Positions 13,146 to 26,948 of a DNA stretch of 61,193 nucleotides are shown here, piece after piece. This stretch comes from Octopus bimaculoides (taxonomy: Eukaryota). The first letter of the stretch is position 1, and each line of letters opens with the position of its first letter. Location: positions 39,172,548-39,233,740 of the forward strand of contig NC_068999.1 of assembly GCF_001194135.2 (NCBI RefSeq). The letters are read 5' to 3'. The notes beneath the pieces are model-generated. The model was given only the letters and a program-made list of their open reading frames with translations, did not search any database and had not been told where the DNA came from. Both the position numbers and the translations under genes were made by a program.

Positions 13146-14959
13146 ATTTCATTTGAATTATTATATCAATCTCGAAACTATAAACCGTAATGTAGACAAT
13201 GGTGACTTTTGAACTTAGAAGCAAAAGTAATGTAATTAACTTCTCGAATATAGTTTCTTCGGTGTTCAACCGATTTTGAGGCTTATTGACCTATAAAGCA
13301 TAATTTTATATCAGTTAATTCAAACAATGTCTGAAGTCAACATCATTGTGCTGGGAAATTATAGTCTATTAAGATCGATGTCAATACAAGACTGGAACTT
13401 ATGTTATTGTTCTTCAAAGGATGAAAATGATTGCTGACACGTCCTCGGGCGTATTGACTTCCTTTCACACACTCTCCCATTTTGATTGCATTTTCCCAAC
13501 ACAGTTAAAAGCAGGAGGTCGTTTATTAAGAAAGAAAGGACGGAAGTGGATTGGATTTGCTGTCTCTCCCCAATTATCGCCATTTATTTTTATCATTAAT
13601 TTAGGAACGATAGCGAAAGCTGACCCCTAGCAAGATTCGAACACAGAAGAGAGAGGAAATTTAATTACAGTTCAATACTGCGCACTTTTCTACACTTTTA
13701 GCCATCATCGACTGTCACTTTTAAAATCAAATATTAAAGGATGTGATAAAAAATTAAACATGAAATTAAGTAAAATTAAAACAAAATATTTCAACATTAA
13801 ATTGGTTACATTTCTTAAAAAAAAAAAAATAATGATAATTTTTTTTTCTTAATGATATCTCAGTCAAAGAATGACGCTTGGCGAATTTCTTATTGTGCTT
13901 GCATTTCTTCTATTTCATTTTTGTTAAATTTACCGCAAAATTTTATAGATTTGAATACAATATTCTCTTTAACCCTCATCTGAATACGCTTTTCTTTTTC
14001 TCTTTCGAGATTCATATTTTGCAGCATGATACCGTTTCTAGAACCAATATCGCTTTACTCCATCACACTCTCTTCTTTTACATTTTCCCATTCTTTTTGC
14101 TTCTTCCTTTCACATGCCGTCAATGGAAGCAATTATTCTGACATGAACAGTTTGGTGACCATTTTAATGGACGTGGAATTAAAACCAAATTTACTGACAT
14201 CTTGATGTGCAGTAAAACATTTGACAAGTGATATTTTAGATGTTCGCAAATTGATATTTTTATCACTTCTAAAATATGCTTTCGCAAAAATAAAAGACAA
14301 AACAATATAAAAGATACAAAGACAACAGAAACTAAATAATGCAATGAAAGGAAAAAATCATTTTGGGTTTCTAATTAGCGATGTGGCTAATAATTTTTGG
14401 GGAGATGGTAATTGGGATTGAATCAAACTTATTATGGTACCAGTATTTATCAACGTTCATTAATAAATACTAGTAATATAAAATATGAATAAAAATATTT
14501 GTAATTAATCCCTCGCTGTCCTATTCAAGAAAAGTATACAAACTAAGAGATGACATGTTCGTGACAATGATTAAACAGAAAGGACGTACACAACGCAATT
14601 ATTTTAGTTACTATCGAGAGAATGGGGTTGCAATATATGCGCATGGCGCAGTTTTCCTTTGGGACAAGACAATTCTAAAATATATTTCCTTAGGATCGAC
14701 GAAACACTCATTTGCAGATATGTTTACTTACGGCAGGGGATGCTAACGAAATCTCTTTGAAAATGTCCCCTAGTATTCATATTTTTTTTAAAACGCTAGG
14801 GTACATCAGGCTCTGTAGTTAGTGTTTGAAATGCAACAAAATGAGATGGTCGCGCCTGAAGAGACCTCTCCTCATAGGTCTATTGCGCAAGGCTTCACTG
14901 GAGTTAAACAATAACAGAAACCACAAGAATAATAAATGGCATTTATACTATTTACTTCC

Positions 14960-15175
14960 TAAGGTGGTGAGCTGACAGAATCGTTGTTAGCACGCCGGAA
15001 AAATTGCTTAGCAGCATTTCCTCCGGCTCTTTGGCTCTTTACCTGGCGTTCTCAACTTCCATCTAGGTTACCTTCTCTTTTATCCTTTCGAGGATAAAAT
15101 AGGCATTAGTTGAGTACTTGGGTCGATGTATTCGACTATCTCCCTTCAGAAAAATTTCAGACCTTATACCTTTAA
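14960..15175 (+). mobile_element. Second SINE family copy
   Basis: aaggtggtgagctgacagaatcgttgttagcacgccgg head; ttatcctttcgaggataaaata...gggtcgatgtattcgact body. Confidence 0.8.
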
Positions 15176-15309
15176 GATAAAGGATGATTACTTGTAGATG
15201 TTTTGTAGTAAAATCGATTGCGGTATATTTCCTTTACTATTTTGTCAGAGAAGAAAGAAGGATGCCTTTCACTTTTGCTGTCAGTGGCTTTAAGACTGGT
15301 TTCATTTAA

Positions 15310-15400
<91 letters not shown>

Positions 15401-15555
15401 TGTCTGTCTGTCTCTCTGTCTGTCAGTTTATCTATCTATCTACCAACCTATTATCTATTAGCCCATCAATCTATCTGTCTATCTATCTGTCTGTCAGTCT
15501 GTCTGTCTGTCTATCTGTCTGTCAGTCTGCCTGTCTGTGTATTTATCTATCTATC
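15310..15555. repeat. (ATCT)n/(GTCT)n compound microsatellite
   Basis: Directly visible. Confidence 0.97.
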
Positions 15556-17129
15556 ATTCTAAATCATGTAAAGCTTTTCAACTGGCATACACAGTTACTA
15601 TTGAAAAGTTTGTTTACTCACAAGTCTGATTAATAAAGCAAGCAAAATATTTCCATATGTTATTTTGTGAATCTTTAATTTAGCAATTTTTTTTTTTTTT
15701 TGTGAAAGTTTCCACTCCAAAAATGCCTGTAATTTTTCATTTGATCACTGGACCGTCAAAAAAATCAAACAAATTGACGACTAGTCTGGTACTATACAAG
15801 AGCCAATGGTGAACAGTGCTGAATTTACTCTGCAGAACAAACATTAGTTAAGTTTTGTTAGCATATTTAATGCTGTGACGAATTTAAAAAGCCAGGTAAA
15901 AAGCCAAACTGAAAATGGAAAATGTACCATAATGTCAGGGATGTAAGCATTTCACGTTAGTGATGAAGTTAACAAAAATCAGTAGATACACATGATGAAG
16001 CATCCAATGAAAACATAGGGGTGTTTGGTTACAAATACCACTTCAAAGAAAATACGTGGCTTCAAGTGGGGTGTCCACTGCGTGAGTGTTTGGCTCATTA
16101 AATAGAATATCCGATCGACTAACAATTCACGAGTGATAATGTGAATGAAATTTCTAAACCAAACACAAGCTGAACAACAAAGGTCGAACACACACATATA
16201 TATATATATANNNNNNNNNNNNNNNNNNNNNNNNNNNNNNNNNNNNNNNNNNNNNNNNNNNNNNNNNNNNNNNNNNNNNNNNNNNNNNNNNNNNNNNNNN
16301 NNNNNNNNNNNNNNNNNNNNNNNNNNNNNNNNNNNNNNNNNNNNNNNNNNNNNNNNNNNNNNNNNNNNNNNNNNNNNNNNNNNNNNNNNNNNNNNNNNNN
16401 NNNNNNNNNNNNNNNNNNNNNNNNNNNNNNNNNNNNNNNNNGTATTTCTTCTATCTTAATGAATAAAAATTCTTCTGATAGAATAAATGGGTTAATAGAA
16501 ACCAATGTAGCAAAGAACACAAAATAACTGTGGTTTAGTTCCTGTTTTTAAGGCAGGAACTCCTTGAAGTTTTGGCTATTTGAGTATATTTAAGAATTTA
16601 AGGATTGGAGAAAACGCATGCTATAATTGCATACTTTATTCCTACATATGTTTCAAATGATTACAACCTGTGTGATCCATAGGGATCTTTGATATGAAAA
16701 TTGTAACCTTCTCATCAGGGAAAGCATGGGAATCATCTTAAACGTAAGACATTATGACCGATTATATATATATATATATATATGCATACATACATACATA
16801 CATACATACATATAAAGAAGCATACATACGTAGGCTGGAAGAGTAGTCTCTCTTTGACCAGTGGTAAATACAATACATGCAATGTAGAAGGATAAGCCTT
16901 CTCAGTCCAGGAAACAGGACTAAATATCTAATAAACATAATTCATCTAGGAACGAAACTTGAGGTATTGCCTAGTGAAGATATTCCCATTTGCTGCAGAA
17001 TCTCGTGACAGAAGTCATATAATTGATGACAAGTACCGAGAAATTTTGAGTAGCGACGGAATGAATAACTTTCCAAGAAGTATCCAATGTTAAATAATCG
17101 AATATGTTTGTGTTCTGCGAATATTTCAT

Positions 17130-17168
17130 CTTTCTTTCTTTCTTTCTTTCTCTCTCTCTCTCTCTCTT

Positions 17169-17225
<57 letters not shown>

Positions 17226-17296
17226 TTGTCTGTCTGTCTGTCTTTGTTTCTATCTATCTATTTGTCTGTCTGTCTGTCTTTCTTTCTATCTATCTA
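17130..17296. repeat. (TTTC)/(CT)/(ATCT)/(GTCT) compound microsatellite
   Basis: Directly visible. Confidence 0.95.
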
Positions 17297-17439
17297 AAGG
17301 TCTCTCCCGTCGTTAGACGACGTATGAGGGTTCGATAATTTCTTACCGAACAACCATACAGATGGTGTGTTTATAATGATCAAATGTTTGTGTAGACATG
17401 AGTTCACTCCCTCCATCGAATCGACATTATCTGTATAAG

Positions 17440-17582
17440 TGCAGATGTCGAAATGATCGCGAGGCAACGTGAAATGAAGTGCTTTGCTCAAGAACACAAC
17501 GCAAGCACGGTCTGGGAATCGAAACCACGAACTTTGCAATCGTGCGCGTAACACCCTAACCACTAAGCCATGTGCCTTCGAA
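17440..17582 (-). mobile_element. Third tRNA-derived SINE family, head plus CORE-like segment
   Basis: Reverse complement: tggcttagtggttaggg (A box), ggtttcgattccc (B box), then gttgtgttcttgagcaaagcacttcatttcacgttgc. No acceptor stem, so not a tRNA gene. Confidence 0.85.
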
Positions 17583-18383
17583 TACAAATACGAATATATA
17601 TTTAAAAACACAGGCATTTATTCACATACAAACTCGCATTTATAGACACACAAGTAAACGCGCATATAACTGTGAATACGTGCTGTGTGTGGCTGTTGAT
17701 GCAGGGGTGAGTGCAAGTGTAACAGTGTGTAAATAATGCTAGCTCCCATTAAATTCTTCAAAGTAATTTAAATACAATTCATAATAGAAACCTAAATTGC
17801 TCGGAACATTTCCTTCAAGCAAGGAATAACAAAAACCCCAGAAAACATGGAGTCTTCAATTTTAATAACAGTTGCAGCAGGAACATGTTCTTGAAATGAA
17901 TCATAAAAACGCTTACATTTTCTATTATTTACTTTTTCCCATGTAATAACTCTTTCTCTTTCTATTTTTATATGTGTTTGTGTGTATGTACGTATTTATA
18001 TATGCATTTGTGTGTGTTTGTGTAGCTGCGTATTTATGTATGTATGTGTGTATGTATGTATGTATGTATCTATCTTTATATATATATATGTATGTNNNNN
18101 NNNNNNNNNNNNNNNNNNNNNNNNNNNNNNNNNNNNNNNNNNNNNNNNNNNNNNNNNNNNNNNNNNNNNNNNNNNNNNNNNNNNNNNNNNNNNNNNNNNN
18201 NNNNNNNNNNNNNNNNNNNNNNNNNNNNNNNNNNNNNNNNNNNNNNNNNNNNNNNNNNNNNNNNNNNNNNNNNNNNNNNNNNNNNNNNNNNNNNNNNNNN
18301 NNNNNNNNNNNNNNNNNNNNNNNNNNNNNNNNNNNNNNNNNNNNNNNNNNNNNNNNNNNNNNNNNNNNNNNNNNNNNNNNACA

Positions 18384-18421
<38 letters not shown>

Positions 18422-18924
18422 CACACACACATACACACATACATATGCTTTTATATAAGTTCCATCTATATATATGAGGTTCAAACTTATGCTACATATT
18501 TAGTTTTAATCGTTATCCCCTTCTCAAAAGTCTTTGGTGCTATTTTTCCGTTTCGTTATGTTCTCTATTGTATCGCATCATAATATTTGTTCATCTTGTG
18601 GGAACTGAAGGGCAGTGCTGAATTAATTATATTTTCCACCGTATTCATATTAATAGTATTCCTTACGTTCTCATTTCTATGTCTTTTTTTTTTTTTACTT
18701 CGTTTCTGTTCATTCTAAAAACTACATCGGCTTTATGTCTTAATATAACTAATCTATCATTTTTTTCCGAAAACATTATCTAAGATATATATATATATAA
18801 AAGCATTTAAAAGTTCAAACTGCAGTAATAATTTAATGATTTTCCACAGAACATTTTATATACTCCATCATCAAACACGTGGTTTGGGATAAACCACCTG
18901 ATATCTGATGTGTTGGACATACGC

Positions 18925-19020
18925 ACACAATCGTTTTCACACCAGGCAAATAGCTTAGTGGTATTTCGCCCTTCTAGTCGTTCTGAGTTCTAATTCCAGT
19001 GAGGATGGCTTTGCCTAAAC
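18925..19020 (+). mobile_element. Second SINE family, 5' fragment
   Basis: gcttagtggtatttcgccc...gttctgagttctaattccagtgagg. Confidence 0.6.
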
Positions 19021-19053
19021 AATTTTCGCCACCCATAAAATATGCATTCCTTG

Positions 19054-19107
<54 letters not shown>

Positions 19108-20401
19108 AGTATATATTCGTATATGTTGAAAAATACACGAAAATACATATGGTGTGCACGTCCCAATGTAAATACATTAAAATAACCTGTGAGTGATGGA
19201 TGAGTTGCTGTCTTTTTTCCGTAACGTGAGGTCCGTAATGAGAAGTTTATTTCATAATGACTTTGATGCTACAACAGTGAAAGAGAGCCATAGATCCAGA
19301 AAATCAATGACAAAATGCGTTTCGCAATAAGTGACTATATATTACAGCAAGGTTTTCATGGTTGCAATGCTTTCGTAACAAAGGTATACCTGAATAGTCG
19401 TAAATTGACTCGCCCTCTGTTATGCGTTATTCAGTAATTGCTGGTTCCGTGCTTTGATACTGAATCATATATTTTTCCAGAGACATGTTACAACACTATT
19501 TTATAGCAGTTGTCTATACTACAGTACAGCCTTTCGGACTTTCAAAATAATAGACTTGTATAAGACTTTATACACGTTCATATTCGTTTGATGCCTACAT
19601 ATATTCATGATTTTTTTTTTTACTTATATATTCATTAATTCCTTTGTTCAGATATTATATCTAGGATATGAGCAAAAGGTAGAATGTTCGGAATATAGTG
19701 GTGAAGAAAGCGAAGAACAAGTGGATGAGGAGGCAGACAAGGGAATATAGAGAAAAGAGATGGTGGAAGAGGCGGATAACAAGGAGAGTAAAATCAAAAT
19801 CTCATCTGAAGATCAAATAGGGAGATTAGTAACGGGTGGGTTGTGACGGAGTTGGTGAGGACATTAGTAACGAATGTGTGGGTGGATCTTGTAGGAGATA
19901 ATGGGGTAGATTAGTAATGGGTGAGTTGTAGCAGAGACAGAAGGGGAATTAGTGATGTTGGGTCTGGTATCGTGTTGTAGATTTATTTTCTTATTTGTTC
20001 TTAAATTCTCCTATAATATACAACACTGATTATACGCTAGTTTTAATTAAATTCATTGCACGCATGACGAAGCATTGCTTGGCGATGATGTTGCGAGAAC
20101 CGCAGCGCCACCTACGACATAAACACACACGCTCAGTGATATAACAAAGATAACTGCAGTAAAAACAACAATTTTAACAAAGCCGATGGGCAATATATAT
20201 ATCAGAGATGCAAAATTAATTATTATTACTATCATTATGATTACAGCTATTATCATTGTTGTTGTTGCTCTTATTATTGACTTTATTGTCCTTAGTTTGA
20301 GAAATACATCAAGTGTTTCCCATGTTGAAATAAGAATTATACGGAATTATACGTACACGTTTTTGAAGATATGCATAATGTGTGCACACATGTATATATG
20401 T

Positions 20402-20404
<3 letters not shown>

Positions 20405-20493
<89 letters not shown>

Positions 20494-20512
20494 AGAAAGA
20501 GAGAGAGAGAGA
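20405..20512. repeat. (GA)n microsatellite
   Basis: Directly visible. Confidence 0.99.
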
Positions 20513-20789
20513 TACATACAATGAGACAGAGATGAATATATGTGTGTATGTGAGTTAGAGAATGAGAGAGAGAGAATATGTTGAAAATAGATTAATTTAC
20601 CATTCCTTTTGCATTCAACAGATAAGATGGTGTATTTTCTTAGAGGTTTAGTTCTTTCCTGTATAACATTATCCTCTTTACATTGACTTTATATTGCTGT
20701 GGAGATCATTAATTACTACGCTATTAATATTTGTGCTATAGAAAATGATGTCAGGCATATTATTTCTTATTTCTTGGTCCCAACTGCTC

Positions 20790-20910
20790 ACATTTCGAGT
20801 TCCTTTTCCCGCCGAAATTCATTTTGACTTTCATCCGTCCCAGGTCGAATAAATAAAGTACGTTTTGAGTAGTAGTATCGATGGCATCGACTGAACCTCT
20901 CCCAACAAAC
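20790..20910 (+). mobile_element. Second SINE family fragment
   Basis: cgccgaaattcattttgactttcatccgtcccaggtcgaataaataaagtac...atcgatggcatcgact. Confidence 0.65.
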
Positions 20911-21029
20911 GTGGAAAATATCCTTCCATCTTTGAATCAATTAGTCAAATAACTGTTATGTGAATGTTTTCATTGTTGACGTTGCATAGATAATGCAACA
21001 TATGTATGACGTTTGTTTTGACCAAACAA

Positions 21030-21900
21030 GAAGGAGCGAAAAGGTTGCCGGAGTAGTTATGTTTAATAAAAAATAATTTATTTCCTTAAGGTTTAACGTT
21101 ATCTCCTTCGAAATTGTCACCTTACGCAGCAATACACCGGTACCAGCTTTCCTGCCACTTTTGGAATTCAGCCTAGATGTCGTTTTCCGTAAGCGATTTG
21201 CTCTAGATCTTGAAAACGGTGTTAAAACGGTGATTTCTGAGCTGCCTTTACATCTCGGAGAAGAGACGGAATGGTGGGTCATCAGCTGCATGGTGGCGGG
21301 GAACTTAACAGATTTCGATGTGATGTTCTTTCTGCTCAATAGTCAGCAGGCGGGGAACAAACTTGGCAGAGACACGCCACATGTTTAATTCAGACATTAG
21401 TGTTTCCTGCACGGACCCATACAACAGGGAAACAACATAAGCAAAGTCGTTGATTGTCGTCCGACATGCACAAGCTGATGAATGTTCTCCACATTTCCGG
21501 GTCTGACGCTCGTGGTAGGTCTTCCAGATCGCTTATCGGCTTCCAGGGACATTCTTTGGCTTTTGAAGTGCCGGTGCCAGTTGAAGCGTTGCATACGACC
21601 CATTGCCTCCTCGCTGTAGGCTTGCCGAAACATGCTCAGAGTCATTGTAACAGATGTCCCAAAATTTTCATGTTGGCTCTTTGTTCCAACTTCATGTCCA
21701 TTGATAAAATCGCAGACTACAGCAAACATGATCACAAAAGCACAAATTACACAACTCGCGTACTAAATGTCACAGCAATGTCACTCGGCAAACTGCTTCA
21801 TGAACGTTACTGTTATAGCCTACTGTGCACGCAACTGTGTGCTACCAACTACTGGCAGGCTACAGAACTAGCCAGGGAAATGTTTGATACCACCTCCTAA
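21030..21900 (-). mobile_element. Internally deleted mariner (Tc1/mariner) element with degenerate TIRs
   Basis: Minus strand encodes MDMKLEQRANMK, TLSMFRQAYSEEAMGRMQRFNWHRHFKS..SLEADKRSGRPTTS (HTH), RVSAKFVPRLLTIEQKEH, then the C-terminus FQKWQESWYRCIAA*GDNFEGD. Related ends aaaaggttgccggagtagttatgt (21040) and aaacatttccctggctagttctgt (minus, 21885). Confidence 0.9.
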
Positions 21901-21954
21901 ATGTAGTACATCCGTCCATTCCTCGCTTGAATTTTTATTCGCCGCGATAAGTCG

Positions 21955-22150
21955 TGAGCTGGAAGAATCCTTAGCACAGTCGACAAAATTCTCATTGGCA
22001 TTTACTATGGCTTTATGTTCTGAGTTCAAATTTCGCCGAAGTTGACTTTGCTTTTAATCCTTTCAGGATCGATAGATTCAGTACCAGTTGTGCATTGGGG
22101 TCGATGTTGTCGACAAGCATCCACCCACAGAATTTCTTGCTTTGTGCCTA
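21955..22150 (+). mobile_element. Second SINE family copy
   Basis: gttctgagttcaaatttcgccgaagttgactttgcttttaatcctttcaggatcgatagattcagtaccagttgtgcattggggtcgatg. Confidence 0.85.
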
Positions 22151-22308
22151 TTATAGAATTTCAGTTTGTGTGAACCACATACTGCTACAAGAACATTGTT
22201 CCTCTCTTTACATTCTGTTTCCCAGTATTTGCTTTGCAGGAGTGTTGGATTCCAGAATCTATTTTCATTTACTATATATAAATATATGTCTGTGTGTATA
22301 GGTATATG

Positions 22309-22363
<55 letters not shown>

Positions 22364-22939
22364 GTAAAGCTATTCCAATTCTCATATATTATATATATGC
22401 TACATTAACCATTCTTTATCCAAATATCCGAGAACATGGTATACGCACAAATGCTTTTCAGCAATCATTCCATAAAATCTTAATGTATTTTCTTCTCTGT
22501 TTTTGCTGTCAGCCGTAATTGCTCGATTAACTAAAAGCTGTTCTTTACAATTCTACACCCTTTTGCAGGAACCATTCTGTTCCTCTGATAATATATAGTT
22601 TTCGCGCTAAGCAACCAACGTCTTACAAATTAGAAATATATGGTGCTGTAGTTGGTTGGCAAACAACGTACAGACTTGTAAATTTCCGTGTCTCCAGTGT
22701 TTTTCATTTTAAAATAAATACTGCTTTTTTTTTTAACCCTTTGCCAGTCGCTGGTGTAATGGTCCCCGTAATTGCATGCCTAACAGCATGTTACGGTTTG
22801 AATCTTGGTTGGTTCATCGGCCTTCTTTATAGGCATTGCTGTGCAACCACATGGAAGCGGTCCCCAACATTTCACTCTTATTCGTGTATGTACCAGTGAT
22901 TTGCCTCTAAGTACACCTACATAGGTACCCTAATATTCA

Positions 22940-23050
22940 TTAAAAATTTTGGGAGTAAGGCCGTAATTTCTGGGGAAGGGAATAATCGAATTACATCGAC
23001 CCCAAAATGCTCAGCATTTTGCCAGGAGTGCTAATAAACCTGCTTACTCG
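22940..23050 (-). mobile_element. Second SINE family, internally deleted reverse copy
   Basis: atcgaattacatcgacccca joined directly to the head portion cattttgccaggagtgctaa. Confidence 0.55.
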
Positions 23051-23154
23051 TACTGCAGTATTAAAATATAAAGAAAAGACTATTAAATACCAGGATATTT
23101 AAGTTTATGTCTCAGCAGGCATCTTGCCAAGCCCTGTTCAAACTATTTAAAGGT

Positions 23155-23480
23155 GTAGGCGAATCTGTTCGGTTAGGAAGTTTGTTTCTCAATCTCCTTC
23201 ATTCAAGTTCAGTGGTATATATTAGCAGCTGTCTTCTACTGTAGCCCTGATCATTAGTAGGTGTTTGTATATATACCATAGATATTCATAAATATACACG
23301 TGTATATATACCACAGACAAATATATATATCACAGATATGCATGCATATACACGCATCTTTATGTCTCACCTGTTGACGATGAGCATTCGTGTGTGTATA
23401 GCCTCCCAACTTAGCGTTTCGGTAATAAGAAAACCGATAGAATTTGTACTCGTCTTAATGTAAGTACAAGGGTCAACTTG
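23155..23480 (+). mobile_element. Very degenerate CORE-type SINE (5' half 23155-23270, 3' half 23385-23480)
   Basis: ggtgtaggcgaatctgttcggttaggaagtttg...gctgtcttctactgtagcc, a TA/CA spacer, then aacttagcgtttcggtaataagaaaccgatagaat. Confidence 0.55.
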
Positions 23481-23789
23481 ATCAACAAAGTTTCTGCCCC
23501 AGCATAGTTAGAGCTGAATATGCGATTGAAAGTGTAAAAGAATAAAAGGGCATACTGTAGCGGACGATCAGTTGCAGGGTGCTAGACAAAACAGCTAAAT
23601 AAGCAACAGTACCACCTCATATAGGGAAGGATACATTTCGATAACAACGTGTGAAGAAACTATGAATGAAATATCACGGCTGAAACCTTTTTTCTTAGAA
23701 CTGCCAATCCCGATTCTAGCTTCGGATAAACATCTACATTTCGTGTACGGCTGTATTCATATATTTTTTATTCAATGCCTTCACGTATT

Positions 23790-24860
23790 GATCAACTACT
23801 ACGCCTACACATGTGATCTCTGCTGCTGGTGTTTTCTATTTTAGCGTAAACTGGGCATTTAAACATGAGATGATCAATAGTGCTTTTTTCTCTGTATTGT
23901 CCGGCATGAACAGTAGCCTAATGTTTACTTCTCTTTCTGCATTTTGACTTCTCAATTGCCAGGCATTGAGATTGTGAAGCTAAAATTCAGAGCTTTCATT
24001 CCTTTCTTTTAGTTCAAAGCTTATAAGCCATTCTTGGTTTTCATTCTGGATCACATCTATGTCAATTCTCTTTTTTGATACTCACCTTCAATGGGCTTTA
24101 CTTGCGCGTGTTCTTGGCGGATTTCTTTGGCTTCTCTCTTTTGATTTTATATAAAAAAAGAAATCCTTATTTTGTATTATTCAGTATTTATACCGAATAT
24201 TCTTATAGTCTTACATTCTATTTTCTCTTGCACAATACATTTAGATTCTACTATTCTCAGTGTGCATAGATTTCGTTTTGTATCTTTTCGCTTATATGGA
24301 AAGAAAATAACGTTTTTTTTCCATGTTCCCTTATGCTAATCAATCTTTATTTCTCTTTTAAGCATTTTATGTTCTCTTCTAAGCATTTTTATTGATACAC
24401 AGCAGTTATTTTATAATAGATTTCCATTTGTAACAGACCCATTTCCAACTGTGTTCGTGTTGGAACTATCCTATTTACATTATTTTTGAAATGTTCAGCT
24501 TACAATATAGCAGGTCGTTTCTTCTATTACTATTTCAGCTCTTATCTTCTTTTAATTTTCTATTTATTATTTCCAGGTTTTTATTTCTGGCTGCGCTTGC
24601 TACTGTGTTTATACTTATTGCCTTATTTTAGGCATTTAGTGGAGTTTTAGTTTCTGTTTGAATATTTGTCTAAATCTTATTACCAATATTATATTCATCT
24701 TAAATTTTCTATTTTATATGTCTGTGCAGCTCCATCTGATCAGTTTCATAAATGCTATTTATATGAATGTTCTACTTCGATTTATCCATTTTTAGTGTAT
24801 GAATCTAACAATATACTGTTATTATTCTTTTTTCCCTTATGGGGATTAGGTATAGCTGAC
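23790..24860 (-). mobile_element. Decayed R4/Dong-clade LINE, RT thumb to CCHC zinc knuckle
   Basis: Minus strand, frameshifted: LNA*NKAISINTVA, GLLQME, KPIEGEYQKR (compare KPLHGQY), NQEWLISFELK (compare NQWL...LK), STIDHLMFKCPVYAKIE...RDH (23884-23810; compare ETIDHLISGCPVLAK.EY..RHD). Confidence 0.7.
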
Positions 24861-26048
24861 TAATCCTTTACTCATTTGACATGTGTCCTGAATTCATTAC
24901 ATTTTATCAACATTTATGCACAAAAGTTTATGTACAAAAATATGCAACAAATGAATACAAGCATTTATTCATTATACTATATATATATATATATATATAT
25001 CTGTGTGTGTGTGTGTGTGCACATACACACACACGCATACAAACACACACACATATATGTATCTATGTATGAATGTATATTTGTATGTGTGTATGTATGT
25101 ATATATATATATGTGTGTGTGTATAGTGTGTGTGTGTGTGTTTGTGTATATAATATACTATAACAAATGTAAGTCTGTATGCATGTATATCCATACCTAT
25201 AATACATTTAATGAAGGTGTTTATTTTCTATGTTTAGTGGGGCCTTCATAGTGAGTGAGAAAAGCCTCATCTCCGCATCTGCAAAGTATGTTGGAACGCA
25301 GCGTTTATGTAGATAAGTTCTGCTTTACATAATGGAAAGGAGAGCATTTACATAGAAGTCATACCATGTATTTACATATAATAACAAATCCTTTGAACAA
25401 AATTATATATATTTCAATCGAAAATATATACGTATTTTTTTTAATAGAAGCATTATTTTAGCAACATTAAACAATACTCATACACATTTTGTTCAGTTTA
25501 GGCACAAATCATAAAAAAAAAAGAGAAGCATTAAAAATATTAATTTGTACTTCTGATTCTGTTCGAGTTTATTTAATACAAAGCGCATTAAATATTGAAT
25601 CTATTACTTTTTTTTACATAGCATTATTTGTTCCATAAAACATGTAAATTACATTTCATACTTTCATATAAAATATGGGAGATATTTTGAAACTAGGTTT
25701 CAATCGCGAGATATTTGACTAAGATTGAGAAACCAGTTGAGAAGGAATAACGTCTGATGTTTATAAATTAAATATTGTATACTCTTTATAGACATTTAAC
25801 GCTTCAGCAAACATGGTTTTGCTACCATCATTAAATAAAACCTGAATATCAACTACATTCTGCTACATATGTACCAAAGTGAATAAAATATATTTATTAA
25901 AACGTCTCCGGACGTCTTCCATATTTATATTGCATTTATAATTGTGTAATAATTTGCAGAATGAAACCACACTAGTCTACTGCTTTCTGAGGGAGCATGC
26001 ATAACTGACTGATATACCAATAGCCTTATATATGCTATAAATATAAAC

Positions 26049-26120
<72 letters not shown>

Positions 26121-26327
26121 TCGCATATATATATATATACATATATATNNNNNNNNNNNNNNNNNNNNNNNNNNNNNNNNNNNNNNNNNNNNNATATATA
26201 TATATATATATATACACAACACATGCCTACATATATACATGTATATATACATACATACACACCCACACCCACATACACACACGCACACGCACATATTTGT
26301 GTAAGTGAGAATGGCGTGTGTGAATTG

Positions 26328-26362
<35 letters not shown>

Positions 26363-26437
26363 AGGGCCCAGTGACTGACGTCTGTGAGTGCGTCTGTAAC
26401 ATGTCGATGTTTATATACTGGTATGTGTGGTGACACA

Positions 26438-26485
<48 letters not shown>

Positions 26486-26897
26486 CCATACAATGTATTT
26501 ATGCAAGTGTGGTCAATTGCATAAATAACCATTAATACAACTGAAATAATATTTTATACAAGCAGCTGGTGCTCATTCTATAACATATCAATACCCTGGC
26601 ATCCAATGTCTCTTAAGAATAAGGTTCATTCAGATCGAATTCCTATAACTCAAGCCATATAAAAATGGCAACAGCTTGGGGCATTATTCTCTGTTATTGT
26701 CGCACCCTCTCAATCACTCTGTCATTCTAATTTATTCTAATTTATACTCTCCCATCTCCAGCATTCCACGTCTCTCACTGTATTTTATTTTTATTTAATC
26801 TTTTTATATAGAAATTTATTTTCGCTTTTTGACAGAAAATATATTTCATTGCATTATTACATTTGTTATTAGAAAATCTTCCTTATCACCATCACCA

Positions 26898-26948
<51 letters not shown>

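Noticed and set aside
16537-16561. 8-bp stem AGTTCCTG/CAGGAACT
   Set aside because: Expected by chance at this length, and bacterial-style terminators are irrelevant here.
19670-19960. Purine-rich stretch resembling an acidic coding region
   Set aside because: Low complexity with stops; no ORF or splice support.
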